This document shows, piece after piece, positions 9,064-17,260 of a DNA stretch of 42,885 nucleotides (its first letter is position 1; each line of letters starts with the position of its first letter). Location of the stretch: the NCBI GenBank assembly GCA_035447445.1, contig DAOTGZ010000002.1, positions 1 through 42,885 on the forward strand. Direction: 5' to 3'. The notes below the pieces were generated by a model that saw only the letters and a program-made list of their open reading frames with translations, was not told where the DNA came from and searched no databases. This stretch comes from Spirochaetota bacterium. GTDB taxonomy: Bacteria; Spirochaetota; UBA4802; JAFGJZ01. The position numbers and the translations under genes are program-made.

Positions 9064-10242
9064 ATGAAGGACGCTACAATTATTTCTTATCCAGGATATC
9101 ATGATGACTATCTGCTTTCACTCACAGGGTTGCGCTCAAGATATATGGTCCCTTTCGCGGGGCGCTATCGTGTAGTGGATTTTACATTACGTAATGCTTT
9201 TTTTTGTAAGGCTAAAAATCTTTTTATTTTTAGCCGTGTAAATGATGATCTTGCTTTCTATGTTGAATCTCATCCGATTGTCAAAACAAACAAAACAACC
9301 GTTGTTAAAACCGTTATATCCGAAAAAACCGAAATCAGAATGATTTATGATATGGTAAAAAGTACCCAGACAGCATATTATATTCTTCATTGCGGTGACA
9401 ACCCTGGTTTTATCAACTTTTACAAGCTGTTTGAGAAATACCAGACAAAAAAGGCAGCTACAATACTCTTTAAACTTAAATTAGGTGATAAAGCCTCTCT
9501 TGCTTATACGATATTGATTACAACGCGCAAGTTTCTTCTTTCTGTTTTAAAAAAAGCTTTGAACAGTAACGAAACCTCGCCAAATGTCTTCGAGATGATT
9601 GTAAACATGCTAATTAATAAAGGGGTTTTGAACTCGACTTTTAAAGCCACTTATTGGCCGATTAGATCTGTTCCTGATTATTATGATTATAACATGTTTC
9701 TTTTCAAGGATCAGGCAAGTTTTAACCGTATTTACGAAGACAATCTTTTGTTAAGCGGTATCGAACGTGACAATACAACTCAGATAGGCCCTTTTGCCAA
9801 GATAACCCGTTCTTATATCTCTGATGGATGCATCCTTAATGGAACAATAGATAACTCGATTATTTTTCCAGGAGTAATTGTTGCGGAAAGAGCCGTGGTT
9901 CGTGATTCTATTCTTTTGCCCTATGTCGGAATTGGGCAACAGAGTGTGATTCAGCGTTCTATAATTGATGAATTCACTGATTACAATCAGAGTGATATAT
10001 TATTTAATATCTCGGAAAAGGTACGTATAGGTTCTGACGAATTACAGTTGAAAAATAATGATTTTCCTCGTTCCATATATAATGCTATCACTCTTATTGG
10101 TAAAAATAGTATCATTCCTTCTGGAGTAAGAGTTGGCGCTGCGTGTTATATCGCGTCAGGAGTTTCTTCGTCTGTCTTTGATGAGAAAAAGACTCTTTAT
10201 GACGGACTTTCAATTTTGAATAGACTGGTTAAAAAGGAATGA
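9064..10242 (+). CDS. glucose-1-phosphate adenylyltransferase-like protein with a degenerate nucleotide loop (GlgD-like)
   Basis: It retains the GlgC-like LTGLRSRYMVPFAGRYRVVDFTLRNA segment and a C-terminal left-handed beta-helix (ISDGCILNGTIDNSIIFPGVIV..RAVVRDSILL). The N-terminal GGxGxRL loop is replaced by ISYPGYHDDY. I prefer ATG 9064 (AAAGG 7 nt upstream) over the TTG at 9058 in the ORF track. Confidence 0.65.
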   Translation: MKDATIISYPGYHDDYLLSLTGLRSRYMVPFAGRYRVVDFTLRNAFFCKAKNLFIFSRVNDDLAFYVESHPIVKTNKTTVVKTVISEKTEIRMIYDMVKSTQTAYYILHCGDNPGFINFYKLFEKYQTKKAATILFKLKLGDKASLAYTILITTRKFLLSVLKKALNSNETSPNVFEMIVNMLINKGVLNSTFKATYWPIRSVPDYYDYNMFLFKDQASFNRIYEDNLLLSGIERDNTTQIGPFAKITRSYISDGCILNGTIDNSIIFPGVIVAERAVVRDSILLPYVGIGQQSVIQRSIIDEFTDYNQSDILFNISEKVRIGSDELQLKNNDFPRSIYNAITLIGKNSIIPSGVRVGAACYIASGVSSSVFDEKKTLYDGLSILNRLVKKE

Positions 10243-11369
10243 TGGGTGAGGTTAAAAAACCGCGACGTTACACTGCCTCTAGCTCCGAAGAAAAAATATC
10301 AAAATATATCGAAGAAAATAGAAGGCGGGATGGCTTCCATCTGAAAAGTATGGGCAAGGTTTTCCCTATTATGTTTGTATCGTATAGTAAAAAGAGGCTG
10401 GAATTTTCTTCACCTAAACAAATACACTCAAAAAAACTTAGACTTTACTGGAAAAATATCTACCATTGTGAACTTGATACGGTTGCAATAGCTGAACCAC
10501 GACCATCAGGTGAGCACTTTATCTATACTGTCAAGATCAGACATCTTTTAACTCCAGAGAGCCAACGTTTCGAGCTACGCTATACCGTACCAGCTGATGT
10601 CTATAAGATAGGCAAAATCACTATACCTGTAGTTGAAGAAACAGCAGTTTCGATACTTAATAGTGATGATTATCAGAATTGCAAAAAAGAGATGCTGCAG
10701 AAGCTTGAATACTATGACTTTTTCAGAATTTTCCCCTTCCAGAGTGCTGGAGCACCAAGCGAAGTTGTTTTTTCTATGATTTCAAATACAATACTTTACC
10801 TTAAAGATATTTCTCAATATAATAATTTTATTGAAAAAAACTCAGCATTCTTTGACGTTCATAAATCTTTGCGTAGTCACCTGCTTAACAGGCTAAAAAC
10901 TCTTAATCTGCGCTACCACTCGCTTTTGGTTAGACCATTTGATTACGTGACTATAGCAGGTTCGCAATTTACCCTAGCTTATTTTGTTGTTGCCCGCAGC
11001 AGTGAAGAGATAACTAATGATGACATCTTATATCTTGATCGTATCGCGCATGATTTTTATCAATCGCTTCAGGTTTCATTGTATAAAGTGAATAACTGTC
11101 AAGGTAGAATATTGAACTTGTCTGTCACAGGTGCCAGAATTTTTTTTAAACGTGAAATGGTAAACTGTATAAGTGTTTCAAGTGAGATGAGTGTTGTGTT
11201 TAGTGTCGTTGGAGTAGCCGATATTTCAATTGCTGGAGAAGTTGTTTATATCGAACAAAAGAAAAACGGAGTAATTATTGGTTTTGTTTTCCGTAAATCA
11301 CCTTTTGGAAGCCGATTGGGGAAGTTCCTGCATGAAACATTTCAAAATCATGGACTCTCAATCTGTTAA
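10239..11369 (+). CDS. GAF-like plus C-terminal PilZ-like domain protein
   Basis: 376-aa ORF whose ATG overlaps the upstream stop (ATGA). The C-terminal beta-barrel region carries an (D/N)xSxxG-type motif (ILNLSVTGARIFF). The preceding segment looks like the end of a GAF domain (SLLVRPFDYVTIAGSQFTLAYFVVARSSEEITNDDILYLDRIAHDF). No clear RxxxR is present. Confidence 0.55.
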   Translation: MMGEVKKPRRYTASSSEEKISKYIEENRRRDGFHLKSMGKVFPIMFVSYSKKRLEFSSPKQIHSKKLRLYWKNIYHCELDTVAIAEPRPSGEHFIYTVKIRHLLTPESQRFELRYTVPADVYKIGKITIPVVEETAVSILNSDDYQNCKKEMLQKLEYYDFFRIFPFQSAGAPSEVVFSMISNTILYLKDISQYNNFIEKNSAFFDVHKSLRSHLLNRLKTLNLRYHSLLVRPFDYVTIAGSQFTLAYFVVARSSEEITNDDILYLDRIAHDFYQSLQVSLYKVNNCQGRILNLSVTGARIFFKREMVNCISVSSEMSVVFSVVGVADISIAGEVVYIEQKKNGVIIGFVFRKSPFGSRLGKFLHETFQNHGLSIC

Positions 11370-11392
11370 TAGCCGTTTTTTTGGAGATAACA

Positions 11393-13021
11393 ATGGGTTT
11401 TCTGTCAAAAATAACTAGAATTATGCTGTTTGTTTTGTTTTCTTCGGTAGCTTTGGCTGATGAGATCGCCGTGATGCCTTATCTTGTAGAAACTACCGAA
11501 GTTTCTGCAAGAAATAGTCTGGATGATGAATACGCCGGATTACTCGGGATTGCCGCGGCAGTTGAATACGGGCTAGACTTTTACAGTATGGATAACCTGA
11601 AAAAGGATCTTAAAAATATTGGAATTGATTATCACAGCATTTTAACTGCCGATGACCTTAGACTGCTTGCCAAGAGAAGGATGCTCAAATATATTGCAAC
11701 AGGTACAATTTATAAGACATCCAACGGTTACACTGTAAAAACTGTTCTTTATGATAGTAAAACTGACCAGATCGTAGCCAAGAGTTCTGTATCCGGCCGT
11801 ACCCTTTTTGACACTGCAAAAAAAGATTTACATGATATTTTCAGATATATGCCGACTGCCAAAACGGGTTCAAAAACCGTAATCGCTGAATCAGTTCTAT
11901 TACTTGATTGTTCTTATAATATGATTAACGAAAAAGTTGCCTTGATTGATTCACTAAAAAAGCATTATGAGACAATCTTTCGACAATATCCCGGTAGCAA
12001 AGTATACTGCCTCGCTTTTAATTCTCAAATGAAATCAGAAACCAGGAGCTTTTTTACATCAGGAGCCTTAAATAGTTATCTGGACAATATCAAGTTTAAT
12101 GCATCTAATAACGACAAATCAATTCGTTTGGCACTGGATAGTGCTGTGTCAAACATAAAATTTCAGAACGGTTCCTTGCGCTATATCGTATTCCCCTTCA
12201 ACTCTAATATGAAAAATATTTCATATTTTACACGATTCGCAAATCAGGTTGCCGCCAGAAGGGCTACTGTTTATCCCGTGGTGGGGGCAAAGGTTGATAT
12301 CTCAAATAATGCTGCCTTAACATCTCTTGCCGAGAGAACTGGAGGAAATTTTTATCCTCTCTTATACCATCAGACGTTTTTTGACCGTAAAGCAGAGAGT
12401 TTTCATCTTTTTATGAGGTCCGGACGTCTTTATTTCTCGGAACTTCCATATCCGCAGTGGAATTCAGAGTTTAAAAGCGGTGAAGTGAAACAGCAGTTTG
12501 ATGTCCCAACCTGGTTAAACCCATACAACCTGGAAAAATATTATAGAGATGGCCTTAAAAGGGTTATCGTCAAGAGTAATCCGCTTGAAGTAAATTCAAG
12601 ATTTGTATTTGCGGATATTATTGATAGGTTTAATAAAAAGAATAGTAGGTCTGGTTACAGTGTAACAATAGCCAGAGTAATGCTCAGTTCTGTCAATGGG
12701 TCGGTATGGGTTGATGTCAAGGATCGTGAATCTTTAGGATATTTTTCTCGGTTAAAAAAATCGGGTGTTTATAGTTTGATTGGAGTCCGGCTTCAGGTTG
12801 ATAGTGACTCTGTATATGGATACAGTATAAATCCAAAGGCTTTTGTTTTTTCCGTTCCCCAGGATTCTGTGCCGGAGTTGCTTAAGGTTGATTTGAACGA
12901 TTTGCTTGGTAGCCCTTCTTCATATACAGAAAAAGGGCTTCTTGAACCACCTGTCTGGTTTATAAATGTCAGGGTTCAAATGATCGATTTAAAAACCGAT
13001 GTTAAAGACATAAGATCTTAA
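11393..13021 (+). CDS. secreted protein with a CsgG/LpoB/TolB-N-like module and a von Willebrand factor A-like domain
   Basis: GGAG lies 6 nt before ATG 11393, and the protein starts with a signal peptide (MGFLSKITRIMLFVLFSSVALA). The vWA-like core includes VLLLDCSYNM...YIVFPFNSNM...VYPVVGAKVDISNNAALTSLAERTGGNFYPL. Confidence 0.6.
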   Translation: MGFLSKITRIMLFVLFSSVALADEIAVMPYLVETTEVSARNSLDDEYAGLLGIAAAVEYGLDFYSMDNLKKDLKNIGIDYHSILTADDLRLLAKRRMLKYIATGTIYKTSNGYTVKTVLYDSKTDQIVAKSSVSGRTLFDTAKKDLHDIFRYMPTAKTGSKTVIAESVLLLDCSYNMINEKVALIDSLKKHYETIFRQYPGSKVYCLAFNSQMKSETRSFFTSGALNSYLDNIKFNASNNDKSIRLALDSAVSNIKFQNGSLRYIVFPFNSNMKNISYFTRFANQVAARRATVYPVVGAKVDISNNAALTSLAERTGGNFYPLLYHQTFFDRKAESFHLFMRSGRLYFSELPYPQWNSEFKSGEVKQQFDVPTWLNPYNLEKYYRDGLKRVIVKSNPLEVNSRFVFADIIDRFNKKNSRSGYSVTIARVMLSSVNGSVWVDVKDRESLGYFSRLKKSGVYSLIGVRLQVDSDSVYGYSINPKAFVFSVPQDSVPELLKVDLNDLLGSPSSYTEKGLLEPPVWFINVRVQMIDLKTDVKDIRS

Positions 13022-13060
13022 ACAATATAGAGGTTCTTGATAAAGATTTTTTAATTAATG

Positions 13061-13089
13061 TCGACAAAAACATGTTTATGTGATATGAT
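13061..13089 (+). promoter_or_regulatory. sigma70-type promoter with extended -10
   Basis: TCGACA-17 nt-TATGAT with TG one base upstream of the -10 (gTGaTATGAT). It lies about 170 nt upstream of ATG 13262. Confidence 0.45.
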
Positions 13090-13261
13090 CATATTTAATT
13101 GTATATTTTTTTATCGTAATTAGTTTTAATTATCAAATGTGATTAATTATATTTAATGCTATAATTTGATAAAATAACATTAGTTAAGACGACAGATAAA
13201 ACAAAATGATAATTTGAAATCTTTAATAAACGAGATTTATACTGCATTTTTTGGGAGCGTT

Positions 13262-14494
13262 ATGAGGATTTTTGCTGGTTTTATAATAATATTGATATTC
13301 ATGCCTGTTTTTGCTCAAAGCAGGCAGTCGGTTGTGATTACAGATTTTTATAATACATCACGTATTAAAACTTCGGATCACTATTCCACGATTGTACCTG
13401 ATAATATTAGAACCGAATTAGATCGAACCGGTTATTATTCTGTTAAACGTACAGTCGCGAGGAATATTGAATTAGATGAAGATGGTATTAAAAAAGCTGC
13501 TGTTGAATCAAATGCTGATTACTTTATTACCGGTGAATACACTTCCAGAGGTGGAGAAATTGGTGTCAGTGCGCATGTGTACGTAAAAAATATCGATAAA
13601 GTAGTTACGATAGTGATGGAGCCTAAAAGAGTTGGTGTTTTCCTTAATGAAATAATAGATAACATTTCCTTAAAAATAGGTTTCGAGTTGCAGAAGTATC
13701 GTGATAGGTCTGGAGAGATGCCGGTTATTGAACCAGCATCCTCTGATTTTAGTTATTATGCCGAAATTATTATCAGTTCGCCCTTTCCAGACATGCCGGT
13801 TTATTATACCCTTGACGGAACTCTTCCCGGGCCAGGAAACGGGTTTCGCTATAGTAATCCTTTTACTGTTTACAATGAAACTGTTGTGAAGGCTGTCTCG
13901 ATTGATAAAGAGGGAGTTCCGTCGGATGTTGCTGTTAAGAATTTCCGCCCGCTTTTTGTCCCTTCTGTTTTTGATTTTAAGATTCTTTATGGAGTTATGC
14001 AGTTTGTTAGTTCTGGTGATGATGTTGAATCGCCAATTGACACAACCATTATTTCAGTAGTTCCGGTTTTTTACCTTGGAGGGTTCGACACATTTAAGAA
14101 GACAGCTGTTGCACGAAATTTGGGTTTTGGTGGATGGTTTGATTTTGCAAATGCTGACCTTGATGGTGGTTATCAATACAAGATACAGGGATACAGCGGT
14201 GGTGTTTTTCTTCGGTTTAATCCCTTTAATAACTTGTCTTTAGAGATCCCTTTTACTGTAGGCAAGATGCGGACTTCTCTAATTGAAGAAATGTCAGTTT
14301 ATGAAAATATTTTTTCAGAGCCAGGTGATACACTTGCAAGTGATCTTGAGACATATTGTAATAGTGGCATAGTTGCTACGTATCGAGTAAGCAATTTTCA
14401 ATTTATTGCATCAGCTACAATGAAATATATTCTTTCCGACGACGACCCTACAAAAATTCTTGTGTATCAGGCAGGTGCTGGTGTCTGCTACTGA
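13262..14494 (+). CDS. envelope protein: CsgG/LpoB-like N-module, chitobiase/hexosaminidase C-terminal-type (CHB_HEX_C) Ig-like domain, and a beta-rich C-terminus ending in Tyr
   Basis: GGGAG precedes ATG 13262, and the signal peptide is MRIFAGFIIILIFMPVFAQS. The CHB_HEX_C-like signature is PVYYTLDGTLPGPGNGFRYSNPFTVYNETVVKAVSIDKEGVPSDV. The C-terminal about 170 aa show alternating hydrophobic residues and end in ...AGAGVCY, as in OM beta-barrels. Confidence 0.6.
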   Translation: MRIFAGFIIILIFMPVFAQSRQSVVITDFYNTSRIKTSDHYSTIVPDNIRTELDRTGYYSVKRTVARNIELDEDGIKKAAVESNADYFITGEYTSRGGEIGVSAHVYVKNIDKVVTIVMEPKRVGVFLNEIIDNISLKIGFELQKYRDRSGEMPVIEPASSDFSYYAEIIISSPFPDMPVYYTLDGTLPGPGNGFRYSNPFTVYNETVVKAVSIDKEGVPSDVAVKNFRPLFVPSVFDFKILYGVMQFVSSGDDVESPIDTTIISVVPVFYLGGFDTFKKTAVARNLGFGGWFDFANADLDGGYQYKIQGYSGGVFLRFNPFNNLSLEIPFTVGKMRTSLIEEMSVYENIFSEPGDTLASDLETYCNSGIVATYRVSNFQFIASATMKYILSDDDPTKILVYQAGAGVCY

Positions 14495-15224
14495 TTTATT
14501 ATTGTTTGATTGTGGAAATAGTACAATTAATTCCGCAATAAGCCGTAATGGTGAGTTTCCGGATAATTTTTTTACATTTAACCATAAAGATAACGATATT
14601 GAAGATCAACTTGTCTCTTATATCCGCAAAAATGGAATATTTAGAGCTGTTTTTGTGTCTGTTGTTCCCATGCTAACACAAACCTTGCTATCTGTATTTG
14701 ATAAAGAAGGTGTAGCTTGTATCGAATTTTATGCGGATCAATGTGGGGTTTCTTCCTTATATACTAATCCAGGTAGTGACCGAATACTCTTCGCCTATTC
14801 AATAAAAACCTTTTACCCAGGGCGAGCTATGTGTCTAATTGATGCTGGAACGGCTTTAACGGTTGACGGTCTTGATAGAAGTGGAAGATTTTTAGGTGGT
14901 TTTATTATGCCGGGAGTAAAAACAGCTTTTACATCTATTGCTAGAGGTGCCGCACTTCTTTCGGGGTATGAGCTATCAATCTCGCATTCTGTTGGAATAG
15001 ATACCGAATCAAGTTTTGGTTCCGGTTTATCTGTTTTATATTCCGGAGGTCTAAAGGCGGCAATAGAAAAAATATCGGCATTGTGCGGAGATAAGGTGGA
15101 TGTTGTTTTGACGGGTGGGGATGGACCTTTGGTTAAAGAGCTTTTGTCTGATTGTTTGCTTGTTTATGATCCACTTATTCTTCTAAAGGGACTTGTTGTT
15201 TATTACTATAATTGTTCGCATTGA
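14475..15224 (+). CDS. coaX: type III pantothenate kinase
   Basis: Motifs are LLLFDCGNST (DxGNT-type), GSDRI, IDAGTALTVD and LTGGDG. The true start is probably GTG 14475 or 14481 rather than TTG 14460, so the 5' end is uncertain. The gene overlaps the upstream stop at 14494. Confidence 0.8.
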   Translation: MLVSATDLLLFDCGNSTINSAISRNGEFPDNFFTFNHKDNDIEDQLVSYIRKNGIFRAVFVSVVPMLTQTLLSVFDKEGVACIEFYADQCGVSSLYTNPGSDRILFAYSIKTFYPGRAMCLIDAGTALTVDGLDRSGRFLGGFIMPGVKTAFTSIARGAALLSGYELSISHSVGIDTESSFGSGLSVLYSGGLKAAIEKISALCGDKVDVVLTGGDGPLVKELLSDCLLVYDPLILLKGLVVYYYNCSH

Positions 15225-15298
15225 TCTTTTGAAAAGGTATTAACCAAAAAAAGACTTGCAATATAGCCGGCTTATACAATAGTAGTATTGTAATGATT

Positions 15299-15326
15299 AA
15301 AAGAGTGGGTTTCCGCTCTTTTTTTA
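15299..15326 (+). terminator. rho-independent terminator after coaX
   Basis: AGAGTGG-GTTT-CCGCTCT is a 7-bp stem with one G-U pair, followed by TTTTTTT. Confidence 0.65.
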
Positions 15327-15382
15327 TTTGGGAGACTGCGTTTCTGTTGGTCGCGTTGCTACCCTTTTGCCAGGTTTAAGAT

Positions 15383-15829
15383 TTGAATCAAGTAAAAAAA
15401 GACCTCTTCATGTCACTTGCCGAACAGACCGCACTCCGCAGTGGAATTGAGATTTATGATATTGTTGTGCAGTTTCGCAAGGGAGTAGTCAGAGTCGATA
15501 TTCGTATCGATAATGGTGCGACTGTTTCTCATAATGACTGTTCTCTTTTTTGTACCGACTATATTGAAGTTTTAAAAGAGCATGGTCTTGAAAACGAGGC
15601 TGCCGTAGAGGTCTCCTCTCCCGGTTTAAAACGTAAAATACGCAATCATAAAGAGTGGCTTCGATTTGAAGGCGCACCTGTGAAAGTTACTTATTCTGAC
15701 GAGAAAGGGTCGGTAACAGTAAAAGGGGTTGCAAAAGAGGTCCTTAAGGATTCGGTGGTTGTTGTAGAAAATAAAAAAAAGCATGTTATAGGTTATGATA
15801 CTATCCGGCATGCCAATCTTGATTACTGA
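15383..15829 (+). CDS. rimP: ribosome maturation factor RimP
   Basis: 148-aa ORF directly upstream of nusA, with the EVSSPGLKRKI motif typical of RimP (LEVSSPG). The start is uncertain (TTG 15383 or ATG 15410). Confidence 0.8.
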   Translation: MNQVKKDLFMSLAEQTALRSGIEIYDIVVQFRKGVVRVDIRIDNGATVSHNDCSLFCTDYIEVLKEHGLENEAAVEVSSPGLKRKIRNHKEWLRFEGAPVKVTYSDEKGSVTVKGVAKEVLKDSVVVVENKKKHVIGYDTIRHANLDY

Positions 15830-15843
15830 AGGTCATAGAAAAG

Positions 15844-17163
15844 ATGAATGTAAACTTTTTTGAGGCGTTGCATCAAATTGCAACCGAAAAAGGGATTTCC
15901 GGAGACGAATTGGAGCAGATTGTTGAAGCATCAATGGTTTCTGCCTATAAAAAACAGTTCGGTACAACCGATAATATGCGGGTTGTTTTTGATCGCGATA
16001 AAAAAACCATAGCGATAGCCTCCTTGAAGCTTGTTGTTCGCAAACCTCAAAATCCAGGTGAAGAGGTTGGTCTTGATGTGGCACGAGAGGTTAAACCGGA
16101 TATTCAGATCGGTGATAGCATTGAGATGAATGATGATCCTTTCAAACTTTTTGGTCGAATTGCCACACAGACTGCCAAACAGGTGATCATACAAAGAATA
16201 AAAGAAGCTGAGAAAAATATTATATTTGTTGAGTTTAAAGCGAAAGAAAAACAGCTGATTAATGGTTTTATGCAAAGGCGTTCCAACAATACTATCTTTG
16301 TTGATATTGGACATGGTGGTGTAGAAGGTATATTGCCACGAAGAGAGCAATCTCCACTTGAGTTTTATAAGGAAGGGGATCGAATTAAAGCGCTTGTTTT
16401 AAATGTCGAAAATAAGACTAAAGGTCCAAATATTATTCTCTCTCGCGTTGCCCCAGATTTTATAAAAGAGCTGTTTAAAATGGAAATTCCGGAAGTATAT
16501 GATGGAATTGTTGAAATAAAAAGGGTCGTTCGTGATCCGGGAATGCGTACCAAGGTAGCTGTAACCAGCTATGAGCGTGACATTGATGCTGTTGGTGCCT
16601 GCGTGGGAATGAAGGGAAGTCCTATTCAGGCAATCGTTCGCGAACTTGAAGGCGAAAAAATTGATATAATTGAGTATTCTACAGAAAAAAGGGTTTTAGC
16701 TGAAAATGCTTTGACTCCAGCTCGCATCAATGAAATTTATGAAACTCGAGATGGTGGTTTAATAGCTGTTGTTACTTCTGATCAGTATAATCTTGCTGTA
16801 GGTCGTGCGGGTCATAATGTGCGGTTGGCATCACAGCTCTGCGGCGTAGAGGTTCGCGTTAAAACTGAGGAGCAGTATAGGGAACTTGTCGAGTCTGATG
16901 ATTCTATGCTTATGTCGAATCAGCTTTTCTCAGAACCGGTTGAGGATGAAACTTCTCTCACTGAACTTGATCTTGATTCTCGTACAATTGAGCTTCTCGA
17001 AAAAGGTGGTATTTTTTCTGTCGAAGAGCTTGTTGAAAGCACAATTGATGATATAAAAAATATTGATGGTATAGGCGAAAAAACCGCACGTCGAATTTTT
17101 GAGATTTTGGCAGAAGTTGTTGATTTTGAAGATGAAGAAGATGAAGAAGATGAAGAAGAATAG
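15844..17163 (+). CDS. nusA: transcription termination/antitermination factor NusA
   Basis: 439-aa ORF with the NusA N-domain, S1 and two KH domains (VGACVGMKGSPIQAIVRELEGEKIDII; AVGRAGHNVRLASQLCG). It has a C-terminal HhH-like repeat and an acidic tail. Confidence 0.95.
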   Translation: MNVNFFEALHQIATEKGISGDELEQIVEASMVSAYKKQFGTTDNMRVVFDRDKKTIAIASLKLVVRKPQNPGEEVGLDVAREVKPDIQIGDSIEMNDDPFKLFGRIATQTAKQVIIQRIKEAEKNIIFVEFKAKEKQLINGFMQRRSNNTIFVDIGHGGVEGILPRREQSPLEFYKEGDRIKALVLNVENKTKGPNIILSRVAPDFIKELFKMEIPEVYDGIVEIKRVVRDPGMRTKVAVTSYERDIDAVGACVGMKGSPIQAIVRELEGEKIDIIEYSTEKRVLAENALTPARINEIYETRDGGLIAVVTSDQYNLAVGRAGHNVRLASQLCGVEVRVKTEEQYRELVESDDSMLMSNQLFSEPVEDETSLTELDLDSRTIELLEKGGIFSVEELVESTIDDIKNIDGIGEKTARRIFEILAEVVDFEDEEDEEDEEE

Positions 17164-17260
17164 AAGTTGGCAAAACATAATAAAAAAGTAATTGTACTTA
17201 ACCGGTTGTTTTAGACGGTTGTATAAAATATGAGTTTTAAAAGTACCCATAAGGAATTAA

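Noticed and set aside
15256-15280. TTGCAA ... TACAAT promoter-like pair just upstream of the coaX terminator (possible tiny sRNA)
   Set aside because: The spacer is only 13 nt, which is incompatible with a functional sigma70 promoter.
15931-16350. 139-aa antisense ORF inside nusA, and similar long antisense ORFs at 17821..18210, 18578..18955, 22304..22621 and 25028..25444
   Set aside because: These are shadow ORFs opposite well-supported conserved genes, and their translations are low-complexity or hydrophobic noise.
17128-17160. GAAGATGAA 9-nt repeats at the end of nusA
   Set aside because: This is simply the coding of an acidic (DEE)n tail, a short low-complexity stretch rather than a distinct element.
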